Assembly (NCBI RefSeq): GCF_006345805.1
Contig: NC_043001.1
Coordinates: 26,536,001-26,600,000, forward strand
From: Octopus sinensis
Lineage: Eukaryota
DNA: 64,000 nt
Reading direction: 5' to 3'
Shown here: positions 49,295-61,623 of the stretch, piece after piece
How positions within the stretch are numbered: position 1 is the first letter of the stretch
Layout of the letters: the number at the start of each line of letters is the position of its first letter
Made by a program: the position numbers and the translations under genes
The notes under the pieces: model-generated
The model's input: the letters and a program-made list of their open reading frames with translations, nothing else
Databases searched by the model: none
Told to the model about the DNA's origin: nothing

Positions 49295-49775
49295 TTAAAT
49301 TTAAATGTTGAAATGAATCTAATGGTTTTTGTGTGTTTCTTAAATGGCTTATAAATACCTTCCACGCTGCAATTGTTTTCGCTCCAGCACACAATCTCAG
49401 ATCAGGTCACTTGCTATGCAAGTACATCTCTGTAATTTTTGAATCAGTTTTGAAAATAATCAAGAATTTAGTGGTGTTTAGTATAATAACATATCAGGCT
49501 ACTGTTTGAAACCTAACATATTCTAGACATTAAAAAAAAAATCCTGCTTCATTTCATAGAACTAAAAGTAGTCTCAGGTTATTATTAAAGGAGTTTAAAA
49601 TTTATCTCATTTGGTAGTGAAGGAAGGTTAGATATGTCAAGAGAGTCAACAAGATGTTTAGAGACAAGAGGTAATAGAGATTATTTGATTGTAGATATTA
49701 CTACAGATTTCATTTTCCTAACAGAGCATTACAATAAATAAATAAAATATCTTTCAATCATAAACTGATACAAAC

Positions 49776-49862
49776 CTGTAATCCAAGGAAACAAATAACA
49801 CATGATGTAAGGGTGCCAAGAAGTCCTTCTGGATCAAACGATTGATGAGTATGATAGATCTC
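49776..49862 (-). CDS. HGSNAT: HGSNAT exon: EIYHTHQSFDPEGLLGTLTSCVICFLGLQ
   Basis: tag|GAG...CAG|gtttg; DPEG-x-LGT motif. Confidence 0.95.
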
Positions 49863-52800
49863 CTATGAAGAAGAAAACAAGAGGTTAATTGTGTTTTGTG
49901 GACATAACTGGAATCCAATTGTCCAAATTGGAATAATTTAGACAGTAAAAAATATGAAGAAAGAATATCAATTACAGCTAGAATCTTAAGATTATTTTAA
50001 AATTACTATTTAAAAAAAAAATTTTTTTTTACGTGTTTCAGTCATTTGACTGTGGCCATGCTGGAGCACCGCCTTTTAGTCGAGCAAATCGACCCCAGGT
50101 CTTATTCTTTTGTAAGCCTAGTACTTATTCTATCAGTCTCTTTTGCCGAACTGCTAAGTAACGGGGACGTAAACATACCAGCATCGGTTGTCAAGCAATG
50201 TTGGGGGGACAAACATACACACACATATATATACATATACGACAGGCTTCTTTAAGTTTCCGTCTACCAAATCCACTCACAAGGCTTTGGTTGGCCCAAG
50301 GCTATAGTAGAAGACACTTTCCCAAGGTGCCACGCAGTGGTACTGAACCCGGAACCGTGTGGTTGGTAAGCAGGCTACTTACCACACAGCCGCTCCTGCG
50401 CCTTAAATTTAAATATATTTATTGAAGTCTGTCAAAAGAGACAGTCAAAATCTTTTGAACAAATATTAAAAAAAATTGTTTAATGAAATTTGTATCTTTA
50501 ATGACTTTAATAAGATTGGTAAGCAAGCTACCATAGAAAAACAATAATATTTTATACAATATCATCATCACTGTGTTCGTTTAATGTCTGCTTTACAATA
50601 GTAAATCAAATTTAAATATAAAAAAATATGGGTGTCTAGGTTCATGCATAGCTGTATAGTTTTGAAGTTTGCTTCCCAAACACATGGTTTCAGGTTCAGT
50701 CCTACTGTGTGGCACCTTGAGCAACTAACTTCTATGTCTCGTGCCTACCAAAGCCTTGTCAATGGATTTGGTAAATGGAAACAGAAAGAAGCCTGTTTGA
50801 GTGTGTGTCACCTTGTTTTGATATTGTGATTGTTGTAAATGTATATCATTTCATTTCTACTATTCTAGAAAAACATGCCTGGCTACAGGGAAACTTGCTT
50901 TACTAGGAACTAGGTAAGGTCCCCTGGCAATAGGATAGAAATCTGACCATAGAAAATCTGCCCCAATAAACTTTCTCAAACCCATGCAAGCAAGGAAAAG
51001 TGAACATTAAACAACGATGATGATTAATATCAAAGTGATGTATTAATGTGGTAAAATCTATGTATTAGAAAGCTGAGAGTCAATACTAAAGGAGAAAAAC
51101 TAGTACAAACAAAAGCTCTTAAAACATAAGAATTTAAAATTTACAAATAACGAGGGGAAAAATTAGAAATTGACCAATCTGAATTCAATTGAAAGATTTA
51201 AAAAATTACAGAGGCGCAGGAGTGGCTGTGTGGTAAGTAGCTTGCTTAACAACCACATGGTTCCGGGTTCAGTCCCACTGCATGTCACCTTGGGCAAGTG
51301 TCTTCTACGATAGCCTCGGGCCGACCAAAGCCTTGTGAGTAGATTTAGTAGACGGAAACTGAAAGAAGCCTGTCGTATATATATGTGTGTTTGTCCCCCC
51401 AACATCACTTGACAACCGTAACTTAGCGGTTCAACATAAGAAACTGATAGAATAAGTACTAGGCTCACAAAGAATAAATCCTGGGGTCAATTTGCTCGAC
51501 TAAAGGCAGTGCTCCAGCATGGCCACAGTCAAATGACTGAAACAAGTAAAAGAGTAAAGAGAGAGAGACCCAGGTATTTTTAGAGAAAAATTAACTGGAA
51601 TATGATGTCCAGGATTCAATGGAGAAAATAATGAAATAAGTTAAAACCATATATGTAATGTAGTAAATTGAAAAGAGTCCTCACAAAAATGTTTTATTGG
51701 AGTTATCTCCTTATTTGGACTTGTTTTTTTCGTAAGATTTTAAAAACATACAATTGTTTGGTTAATTTAAGCTGACAGAAGTTTTCAACTCACTAAATTA
51801 CACATGTGACACCCTACTGTACTAGTATTTTCTTCAACCATATCAACATCAGCATCATTTTAATGTCTACTTTCCCATGATTGTATGGGTCAGATGGATT
51901 CATTGAAGCAGATTTTCTACATCCAGATGCCCTTCCTGTTGCCAATCCTCATCTACTGTCAAGCAAGGTAATATAAACACATGACCAGATACATTCTCAC
52001 AGAATGTTAGAAATGGATGACACTATTTGTATGGCAACACTTACAAGTATCACATGATGACAGGATAAGGAGATACAAACACTCGCACACACATACATAC
52101 ATTCATAGAGCTAGAAAGATTGAGGGACACAAACCAATGTGGAAAAGGAAGATATGGAAGAGTAAGTATTCTTCAATCAGTCAAAGTGTTTGAGTTTCAT
52201 TAACTGAAGCATTCAATGAAAAGGAGGAGAGATGTATACCAACTGGATGTTCTTACAGGACAATCTACTTGAGGGCTACAGAACAAATCTGTGACCGGTG
52301 GAAAATTCCAGCCAGACCAAGGGCAGCATGGTAATGGAAGAGGGAAGTAGTCAGAACCATAAAAGCGAAGAGTCACGCTGGAAGATTTGGAAGAATGGGA
52401 ACAACAGAGAACTTTACCAGGTGGCTAGAAGAGAAGCTTGGAGATAGATCTATTTAGGAAGGGGAGAAGCAGGCCCCCCCCCCTCCAAAAAAAAACCAAC
52501 AGGTTTTCCAATGTTCTATGGCACGAGGTGTTCCAGATCGCAAAGCAGTATATCAGAGAAAACTGAGATATATATAGTAGGAGAGAAGTGTGTGTAGAAG
52601 GATATGGGTACACTTGCACTTAGTGATTCTGAAAAGAGGCATGGAAGTGAGTCTTATCAACATCATCATCGTTATCTAATGTCTGTTTGCTGTGCTGGCA
52701 CAAGCTGGACAATTTCAGTAGAGCAAACAAATCAGAGGACTACATCAAGTTTCAATGTCTGCTTTGACATGGTCTCTATGGTTGGATGTCCTAATATCAA

Positions 52801-52983
52801 CCATTTCACAGTGCCCTGGATCCTTTTTATGGTAGTAACACTGGTGAGGTCATCTAATAACTTGTAAGGCAAAACTCCCTCCCCAACTAAGGTTGGGTGT
52901 GTAGTATTGAGGGAGGTGGCTTTGTGCCAGGTGGTGAGAAGTTAAAGTATGCCAGAAGGATAGAAACAGGTATTATGCTGTAG

Positions 52984-53207
52984 GAAGGCAGTGAGTTGGC
53001 AGAAACGTTAGCACACCGGGCGAAATGCTTAGCAGTATTTCGTCTGCCATTACGTTCTGAGTTCAAATTCCGCCAAGGTTGACTTTGCCTTTCATCCTTT
53101 CGGGGTTGATAAATTAAGTACCAGTTATGCACTGGGGTCAATGTAATCGACTTAATCCCTTTGTTTGTCCACTCTATGTTTAGCCCTTTGTGGGCAATAA
53201 AGAAATA
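52984..53207 (+). mobile_element. SINE family B with 22-bp TSD
   Basis: AGAAACAGGTRTTATGCTGTAG at 52962-52983 and 53208-53229 (one mismatch). Confidence 0.85.
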
Positions 53208-53677
53208 AGAAACAGGTGTTATGCTGTAGAGGACATACCTGGTTACCCCAGTTGGAAAAGGAGAGAAAATGGTAGTGGTGTCATGGCATACCCTCAAGTT
53301 ACAGCAAGGTGAACATGGTCTGGAGGATTGGATAGGGTGGATGGGTAGGTTAAGTGTGCAGGAGTGCAAAGGGGGAATAGCAGATGAATAGAGTTGGCGT
53401 TAGGAAGTGCATCCAGCTGTAGAAACTCTGCCAGATCATGATTGGAGCCTGGTGCAGCCATCTGGTTCGCCAGCCCTCAGTCAAAATCATCCAACCCATG
53501 CTAGCATGGAAAGCGGACGTTAAACGATGATGATAGAAGTGAATTAGTGAATGGTAAAGATAGGAGGTGAAGTGGAGAGGTGGTCACTGGTGAATATCAG
53601 TCCGATCTAAATGTATAACTAGATGTAAAATATTAGGAATTGTGTATGTTGATAATAGTAGAGAAATACAGAAATAC

Positions 53678-53804
53678 CCTATATGTTCCTCTTGGATACA
53701 TGTGTGATTTTCCAAACACTTGTCTATCAATATAGCCAGCTGCACCACCTGTACAATTCTTGTGTTTACCATAATCACTCAATCCACCAGGACCTAGGTA
53801 ACCA
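53678..53804 (-). CDS. HGSNAT: HGSNAT exon: [27 protein letters not shown]...GTYR
   Basis: cag|T...AGG|gtattt; GYLGPGG and [12 protein letters not shown] motifs. Confidence 0.96.
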
Positions 53805-54392
53805 CTGCATAAAATAAAAAAAAAAGTAAAGAACATGTATTCAACAAAAGATGAACAAATATAAACCACCCTGTAAGATATAGATTCATTTAAAACACTG
53901 ATGCAAGAATCATCTTGATTAATATCTAAAGTAACAGTCTGGTTCCTTTTTCTGCCAATATTTCTGCCAAAAAATTTTGAAAATAACATTCTTGAAAAGA
54001 TGGCGTAACTAATTAATATGTATAATTGTTATTTCACTTCAGTTTCTATTTGATGCTTTAATACTTGATATAGAATTAAATATGGAGAAATGTATAAAAA
54101 ATGTCACAAAATACTTTCATAGTGCTAGTAGCTACACCAACTCATGTGAAGACAAAACAATTAAGTTACTTTAATTCCCAGCTATTAGTCAAAATCTATG
54201 AAGAGTCTTCATATTCATGCCAGATTTGTAAATGAATTTTAGCATTTTATATATAACAAAATTATTTCTAAAAATATTGTATTAATATTAGTCATCTAAT
54301 TCAGATAATGAACTACATAAACTACAACAATCTCTTCTTATGAACACAGTTTTATGGGACAGGTCAAAAGAATTTCTTTAAGTTAAACTTAC

Positions 54393-54514
54393 GTTGGACA
54401 GCCTGGCACTGGTAAACAGAATGTCACACAAAGATAGATAATCAGTAGACTTAACGCAACAACCCAGTCAAGCCAATAATTAACAATATCTTGGATTGGA
54501 CTCCACCAAACAAA
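54393..54514 (-). CDS. HGSNAT: HGSNAT exon: FVWWSPIQDIVNYWLDW...TFCLPVPGCP(T)
   Basis: cag|TTT...AC|gtaag; LPVPGCPT motif. Confidence 0.95.
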
Positions 54515-54604
54515 CTGAAATATAAAAAAAAAAAAAATCATGTATTTATATATTAAAGAAAATTGTTTTCATAATGCATTATCAGATATATTAACTATAA
54601 AAGT

Positions 54605-55001
54605 AAAGAACCCTCTTCGGTCATGAATGACCATGGGATTACACCTAGGAAGTTCCCTTTCTGAGGCACAAGCCTGGGCAAGGTTGTTTATGGAAGACCA
54701 ACAGTTACCCATGCATACCAGCCTCCCCTCTCCATACCACCAATGTTACCCAAGGGAAAGGCAAGGGCCGATACAACTTGGCACCCCCCCTCTTCATACC
54801 ACCAATGTTACCCAAGGGAAAGGCAAGGGCTGATACAACTTGGCATCAGTGAGGTCACAACTCATTTCTACAGCTGAGTGAACTGGAGTAACATGAAATA
54901 AAGTGTCTTGCTCAAGAACACAACACATGGCCTAGTTCGGGAATCGAACTCACTACCTCATGATTGTGAGCCAGATGCTCTTACCACTGAGCCATGTGCT
55001 T
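54605..55001 (-). mobile_element. tRNA-derived SINE family D with an internal tandem duplication
   Basis: A box TGGCTCAGTGG, B box GAGTTCGATTCC, CTTGAGCAAGACACTTTA central domain; about 60-bp duplication at 54725-54845. Confidence 0.78.
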
Positions 55002-56302
55002 TCATGTGTATTAGTTATAACATAAAACACAAAATTATACAGGCTGGCCAAAATACACATGTATGGTATTCATCCTCCTCCTCCTCCTTATCATCATCAT
55101 TTAATGTCCGCTTTCCATGCTAGCATGGGTTGGACGGTTCAACTGGGGTCTGGGGAGCCCGAAGGCTGCACCAGGCCAGTCAGATCTGGCAGTGTTTCTA
55201 CAGCTGGATGCCCTTCCTAACGCCAACCACTCCGAGAGTGTAGTGGGTGATTTTATGTGCCACCGACACAGGTGCCTCCTATATATTAAATCTTTTTCAT
55301 GATATATAAATGATATTAATAACCATATTAAATTTATTCCAAATGTCAGAATGCAATGTTTCTTAATGACAAGTAGTTCATTTAATTTCAGGACAAATTA
55401 AAAATTTTCTTTTTCTTTCCTAGATTTAAATATAGACTAAGAGAACGGTTAACAATAAAGGATATGAAATCTTAGCGACATCAGGGAATGAGCCTTGCTT
55501 GATAAGTACAAAGAAAGCTGATATGAAATCAGTATGGTGTACTCGGTAGGAACACGATAAAGATGAAAATTAGGAGGAAATCAAGACTTCAAATGCATTC
55601 AATATACAAGAACAGTTAGCAGTGGTAAAGTCATGAAACAAAATCCATAAACTACTTAGAAGGCTAACAAGTGGTGACACCCCCCTTATACACACACACA
55701 AATTATTTTTAGTTGTTTAGTGGAAGAGCGGGCAGTGTTTATGACCTTTGCATGTCCTCATTAAATAACTTAATTAGTGCTGGGAGTAGTTGGAATGAGA
55801 GTATAATAACAAGTGGGAGAAAAAGAGATTTAGCTAGCAGTTACCTCTGTTGGAAAATATATAATAAAAAAATTGAGGAGTTCATAATTAAATGTTGACT
55901 TTGAATTATTTACTTCCTAGTCTCTTCTAACTCCAAAAACTCAACTGTCATTTGAAAACAAAATATTTTACCATGAAAAATAGTAACAGTTTCTGTCTAT
56001 AAAATCCACGCACAAGGCTTTGGTCAGTTCTGATGTCACCAAATCAGAAACTGAAGTATAAACAAAAATATCCCCGCTTTAATTGTAGTGGTCTACATTT
56101 TGATGGTAAATGACAAATTTTAAAAGTCATTTAATGTACATTTAAAAACAATTTTTACATAGTGTTTGACAGTGACTAAATGCAAAAAAAAAAAGTCTTA
56201 AAACAATCAAATAAGGTTAGAAATATTACATTGATTTTATGTACAAATAACAGAAATGAAATAATTATAGCTTATAAGTTGTTGATAATTCAAATACTTT
56301 AC

Positions 56303-56415
56303 TTGATGGCTGTCAGCTGGTCGGGCAGAAAACATGTGTGCTATAGATACAACAAAGTAAGTTACAGCAATACGTTGAAGTACTCCAGGAATACGGATAT
56401 CTTTTAATTCAATAT
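56303..56415 (-). CDS. HGSNAT: HGSNAT exon: IELKDIRIPGVLQRIAVTYF...ADSHQ
   Basis: cag|AT...CAA|gtaaag; RIPGVLQR motif. Confidence 0.95.
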
Positions 56416-58703
56416 CTGGAGAAAAAAAAACAACAAAAGTACTAATCAACATTATAACAATACCCACTGAACAGAAAACAGGCCCTATAATTAACTTTAT
56501 ATCACAATTATCATCAATAACATTATCAGCATTATGATATTGCCATCATTAATATTATGACTATCATTATTGTTAATTATTATATCATCATCATTTGATG
56601 TTTATTTTCCATGCTGGTATGGGTTGGACAGTATGACAGGAGCTAGCCAGATGGAGAACTGCCCAGGATCCAGTTGTCTCTTTTGGTATGGTTTCTATGG
56701 TTGGATGCCCTTCCTGATGCCAACCATTTCAGAGTGTACCGAGTGCTTTTCACATTGCATCAGTATAGGTGCTTTAACGTGCAACAGGTAGTTTTACAGG
56801 GTACCAGCACAGACACTATTATGTGACACTGAGATAAGTGCTTTGTAATATGGTATTAGCACCATCTATTCCTCAAGACAAGGACCTCTTGGCTGAGAGA
56901 AGAATACAGATGCTAGGAGAATAAAGAGTAGAAAGGGATAAAGTATGAGACAAAAGGACCTTTTGCTGTAGAGGAGCTGTATGATTACTCACATTTTAGA
57001 AGGAAGGCTGGTGAGGGTAGAGTTGGAAAGTGATATAAATGATAAGGGTCAGCATGGACCTTTAAGATATAAGGTGAAGAGAAATGAAGGTGGAAAGGGT
57101 GCCAGGAGTGAGTGGGTGAGTAGATGTCTGATAGTACAGGGTAGCAGAAAAGAAATGATGATAAAGTAAACCGAGGGCTCTACATAAATAGCTCAAAATA
57201 TCTTTATCCCAATTTGTCATATCCTTCCCTACTTTATCAATCAAAATTTGGTAAGACCAGATCAAACTCATTGAAGTTTAATTTTCACTTGTCCCTATTC
57301 TCAATAGGATTTGCTCCATGACACTTCTTCAAAATTCATTACAGCTTTCAAATAAAACAAGTACAACTCTGTACTTTGCTTCAGCTTCCTACCAAAAACA
57401 TCACATAGTTCTAGATTGAAGCCCTCTCAGAGCACACCTAGGCACAAATATTTGTCATATATGCAGTGAATCCTCTTTTCAGCACCATTTAGAAATTACA
57501 TGTCTTCAATCTTAATTGCATATTTATTACAATAAGCGCCACCTTGACTAGCTTCTGTGCCAGTGGCACATAAAAAGCACCAACCGATTGTGGCCGTTGC
57601 CAGCCTCCCCTGGCACCTGTGCCGGTGGCATGTAAAAAGCACCCACTACACTCACGGAGTAGTTGGTGTTAGAAAGGACATCCAACTGTAGAAACACTGC
57701 CAGATCAGACTGGAGCCTGGTGCAGCCTCCTGGCTTCCCAGACCCCAGTCAAACCGTCCAACCCATGCTAGCATGGAAAACGGACGTTAAACGATGATGA
57801 TGATGAAGTAGTTAAGTAGTGTTTCATAAGAAGATACTATGCAGGAGCAGTTCTGAAAAATGGTAACTAAATGTTAACAGTCATTGTTAACTATTTACAT
57901 TGTACAATAGTTCAAACGACAGCTATAATTAGACTATAACAATTTATTTTATATACAACAAATGAGAACAATGTAATCTATACTCTTCAGAACTTGATCT
58001 GTCATTATGGAATTTTCTATGATGCCCAAACATTAAAAATTTTTGGCACCTGTGCTGGTGGCACATAAAAAGCACCATCCGTATGTGGCCAATGCCAGCG
58101 CCGCTTTGACTGGCTTCCATGTCGGTGGCACGTAAAAACCACCAACTGATTGTGGCCGTTGCCAGCTTCCCCTGGCACCTGTGCCGGTGGCACGTAAAAA
58201 GCACCAACCGATTGTGGCCGTTGCTAGCCTCCCCTGGCACCTGTGCCAGTGGCACGTAAAAAGCACCCACTACACTCATGGAGTGGTTGGCGTTAGGAAG
58301 GGCATCCAGCTGTAGAAACCCTGCCAGATCAGACTGGAGCCTGGTACAGCCTCCTGGTCGAACCATCCAACCCATGCTAGCATGGAAAACGGACGTTAAA
58401 CGATGATGATGATGATGATGATATTAATCAGCTTATTAAAAATGGTACAATACTTTGCATCTACCAAACATGTCTTTACACTGAGCAAAGCATTTTTCAA
58501 AAGTAAGATCCTACAACATTGAACAGATAGGAAATGTTAATAACAAACCAGATTAAATGAACTTTTTTAACCAAACACCTAAAGACTTTTTATCTGTAAA
58601 TAATATAGAATACAATGTAAAAAAAAATAGATTAAATAGAAAATTAAGCTGATAACAATTAATTGTATAAAAACAGAAATATTATTAGGTAAATAAAACT
58701 TAC

Positions 58704-58855
58704 TGTGTATGTTTATAGTGTTGATTATGATTCCAAGGAAAAACAACACAAGTGTTCTCCAAATTATCTTTCCTATGATTGTGTGTTTTTTAATCTCTTT
58801 CCGCATCATGCTTCGAAAACTATAAGCCATAGAGGTTCCCATGATGAAGACAAAC
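58704..58855 (-). CDS. HGSNAT: HGSNAT exon: FVFIMGTSMAYSFR...KIIWRTLVLFFLGIIINTINIH
   Basis: cag|G...A|gtaag; WFVFIMG motif. Confidence 0.94.
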
Positions 58856-59730
58856 CTGAAATTAAATAGATTTACAATACAGAATGGAGTAAAAGACAGT
58901 GAACTTAGAAGTTTCATTTACTAAACTGTTGATTTTTGAACGTTTTTTTTTCTTTTTTTCTTTTTCCAATAAACTTCATGTCCTTTTCCATAAAATCCAA
59001 AGATAATGTCCATGTAAACCTCCTAAAGTATAATTATTGGTATTTTATGGATTGTTGGATTGATGAAAGGTCATGTTGACTTCTGAAAAATTAGAAATCA
59101 GACACCTGAGACATTATAGTAGGAATCATAAAACATCCTCTCAGACCATGTAGTGTGTGTATATGAATTTGTTATTTGTGTAATGAAAGGTGGATAAATG
59201 TCGCAAGAATGGCCAGTATGAAAGGAGCCATTCTGATATTACACCTGTGATTTAAAAAGTTAATATAAAAGGAGAAAGGGGCTCTCTACCCCCCTTTTTT
59301 TGACCAGGCTCCCGTTGGCTTTTATGGATTTTTTCCACCAGGAACCTTTTGTAACGCCTCCCCCTATTGGGAGTTTTTTGTTGTTATATTTTCGTTGTTA
59401 AACTGCTTTTTTACTCGGATTTCACAAACGGACAAAACCCTTTGCAACCTTTCGTCCTGTTTTGTCCCTTTATGTGATAATTGATTTTTGTCAGCCCTTG
59501 TGGCCAATAAAAGAATGAATTATTTTACATCCCCTTTCTCATTGTAATTTAAATCAGTTTTCAATGGGCACCGTTGCTTCTACAGATGGATTGAAGGATC
59601 AAGTCTTGCTCGTATCTTTCGCTTTTGACTTGGATTTTACAGCTGGATGCCTTTCCTATCACTAATCACTTTACAGATCATACTACACTAATATTTTCAA
59701 ATTCACAAAAGAATACAGAAGTTATCTTAC

Positions 59731-59838
59731 CAAGGAAAAACTAGATCCGCAAAAGTTATTCCATTCCAAGTTGAATGCTTGAAGAACCAATATTCACCGC
59801 CTCCACAATTGACAAATATCATGTCCACAATGCTAATT
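59731..59838 (-). CDS. HGSNAT: HGSNAT exon: [35 protein letters not shown](W)
   Basis: cag|A...TG|gtaag; catalytic H-x-x-WNG and ADLVFPW motifs. Confidence 0.94.
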
Positions 59839-60548
59839 CTGGAGGAATATACAAATGTTAATAAATAGATGCATTATTTAACCATAACTATCCAAACAAG
59901 TCAATTAGCAATAATATAATGGAACAAAATATATTACTTTGTTTTAAAAAAATAAATAAAACACAAAGGCATGGCAAAGATTTAAATTCAAGATCATTGA
60001 TTCAGTATCATAATTCAGAAATAGCATTTCTTTAAAATTTCTTAGAAGATTATGCACAATGTTCTTTCATCATTAATCATCATCATCATCATCGTTTAAC
60101 GTCTGCTTTCCATGCTAGTATGGGTTGGACGATTTGACTGAGGACTGGCGAACCAGATGGCTGCACCAGGCTCCAATCATGATTTGGTAGAGTTTCTACA
60201 GCTGGATGCCCTTCCTAACGCCAACCACTCCAAGAGTATAGTGGGTGCTTCTACGTGCCACCTGCACGAGGGCCAGTCAGGCGGTATGACCATATATTCT
60301 GAGTGTTGGGGTGCGTACAATGGTATTACTGAAATGAATGTGATACCAAAATACAGCCATTTCAAGGTGAACCATTCCGAAAACTTTGTCGATCCAATAA
60401 CAAATGTCCACACAAATAAATAAATATAAATAAACACAAATAAACAAATAAATAAATATAAAAAATAAAATATGCAAACTGGATTTCAGTTGCTGTTCTT
60501 TAATCATGATGTTACTAGTGATGAAGTGAGAATTAATAGATTACTTAC

Positions 60549-60652
60549 CCTCGAAATGCATCAAGTGATTTTAACCTTTCCCGTACAAGTACACGGCTAC
60601 GTAGGCTTTCATTATCATCTGTGGGGTTGATGCTGTCTGGAGAGCCAAGATC
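60549..60652 (-). CDS. HGSNAT: HGSNAT exon: DLGSPDS...RERLKSLDAFR(G)
   Basis: tag|GAT...GG|gtaagt; RL-x-SLD-x-FRG motif. Confidence 0.94.
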
Positions 60653-61068
60653 CTACAAAAAAATTAATTATCAATAAGCCCAACTATAAAAAATAAATAA
60701 AATTAAAAAAAAACTAATAATTTCATCATAGTGATTAGGGTTTTGTGGTCATGATCATAAGGTCATGAATGTGATTCCTGGACCAGCAGGTTCTATCCTA
60801 CAGTAAGGCACTTCATATCACATTGCTCCAGTCTAGTCAGTTAAAAGTGAATATTGGCCAAGAGCTGGTGCAGCCCTCTCTCCTGCAAACTGTTACATCC
60901 TCAATGTTTCACCAAATCAAGAGTGGATGTGCTAAGACAGTGTGCACATCTGCTAACAACTACATAGGTATCTAAAGCAATTAGCAAAATGAGGCACATG
61001 CTACCAAGTTATACTTGCTAGTGAATGATAGTTATGGTTTTAAGTTTGCTATAAAGGAGAACATACTA

Positions 61069-61281
61069 TAGGAGAGGGGCTTTCTCCGTCCGGATTGCGG
61101 ATCCGTGGAATAAGCTGCCGGACGAGATAGTGAAGATGCCGACGACCGCTCGGTTCAAAGTCTCTCTTGACCAGAAATGGCCTGAACTCTTTGTATGACC
61201 ACTCTCCCTGTACATAACTCCATGTCCCCCTACATGGCCTTGCTTTTTGCTTTTTGAGCCAAAAAATTAACTTAACTTAAC
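61069..61281 (+). mobile_element. CR1-clade LINE 3' end, different family
   Basis: RRGAFSVRIADPWNKLPDEIV...FKVSLD...V* followed by a (TTAAC)n tail; CpG-rich. Confidence 0.8.
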
Positions 61282-61565
61282 CCACATTTCACAAACTGAA
61301 ATACATACATCATGAAATAAACAGAATGAGAGAAAAATGTTGCTATCAAACACAGACAGCAGGCCACAGAGTTTCTAGTATTTATTTCACTGGTCTTAGA
61401 AAGATGAAAGCTGGAGTCAAGTGTGGCAGGATTTGAAACCAGAATTAAAGGGACTTCAGCTAATCCTGCAAGGTGTTTTATCTGTGGTAGTTATGGTAAT
61501 ATAAATTCCTAAAGCAAATAAAGAGAGTCAATGAAAATTTAAAGCAAGGGGTTTCATAAACTTAC

Positions 61566-61623
61566 TGCTTCAATTAGTTTCTCTTGACTAAATCGGGCAA
61601 TGATTCTTCTGAAGGTGACACTG
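61566..61623 (-). CDS. HGSNAT: HGSNAT exon: SVTFRRIIARFSQEKLIEA
   Basis: NAGNAG acceptor, gtaag donor; phase 2 to 0; joins DLGSP like human RLINSELGSP. Confidence 0.8.

Larger units (their letters stand above)
49091..49433. mobile_element. Palindromic Penelope-like element (copy 2)
   Basis: Same arms, similar 19-nt centre and same tail as copy 1; degenerate flanking duplication (11/14 identity, 49077-49090 vs 49434-49447). Confidence 0.7.

Noticed and set aside
59755-59765. Apparent missing GT donor after WNG in HGSNAT
   Set aside because: The exon continues in frame through [10 protein letters not shown] to a canonical gtaag at 59726-59730.
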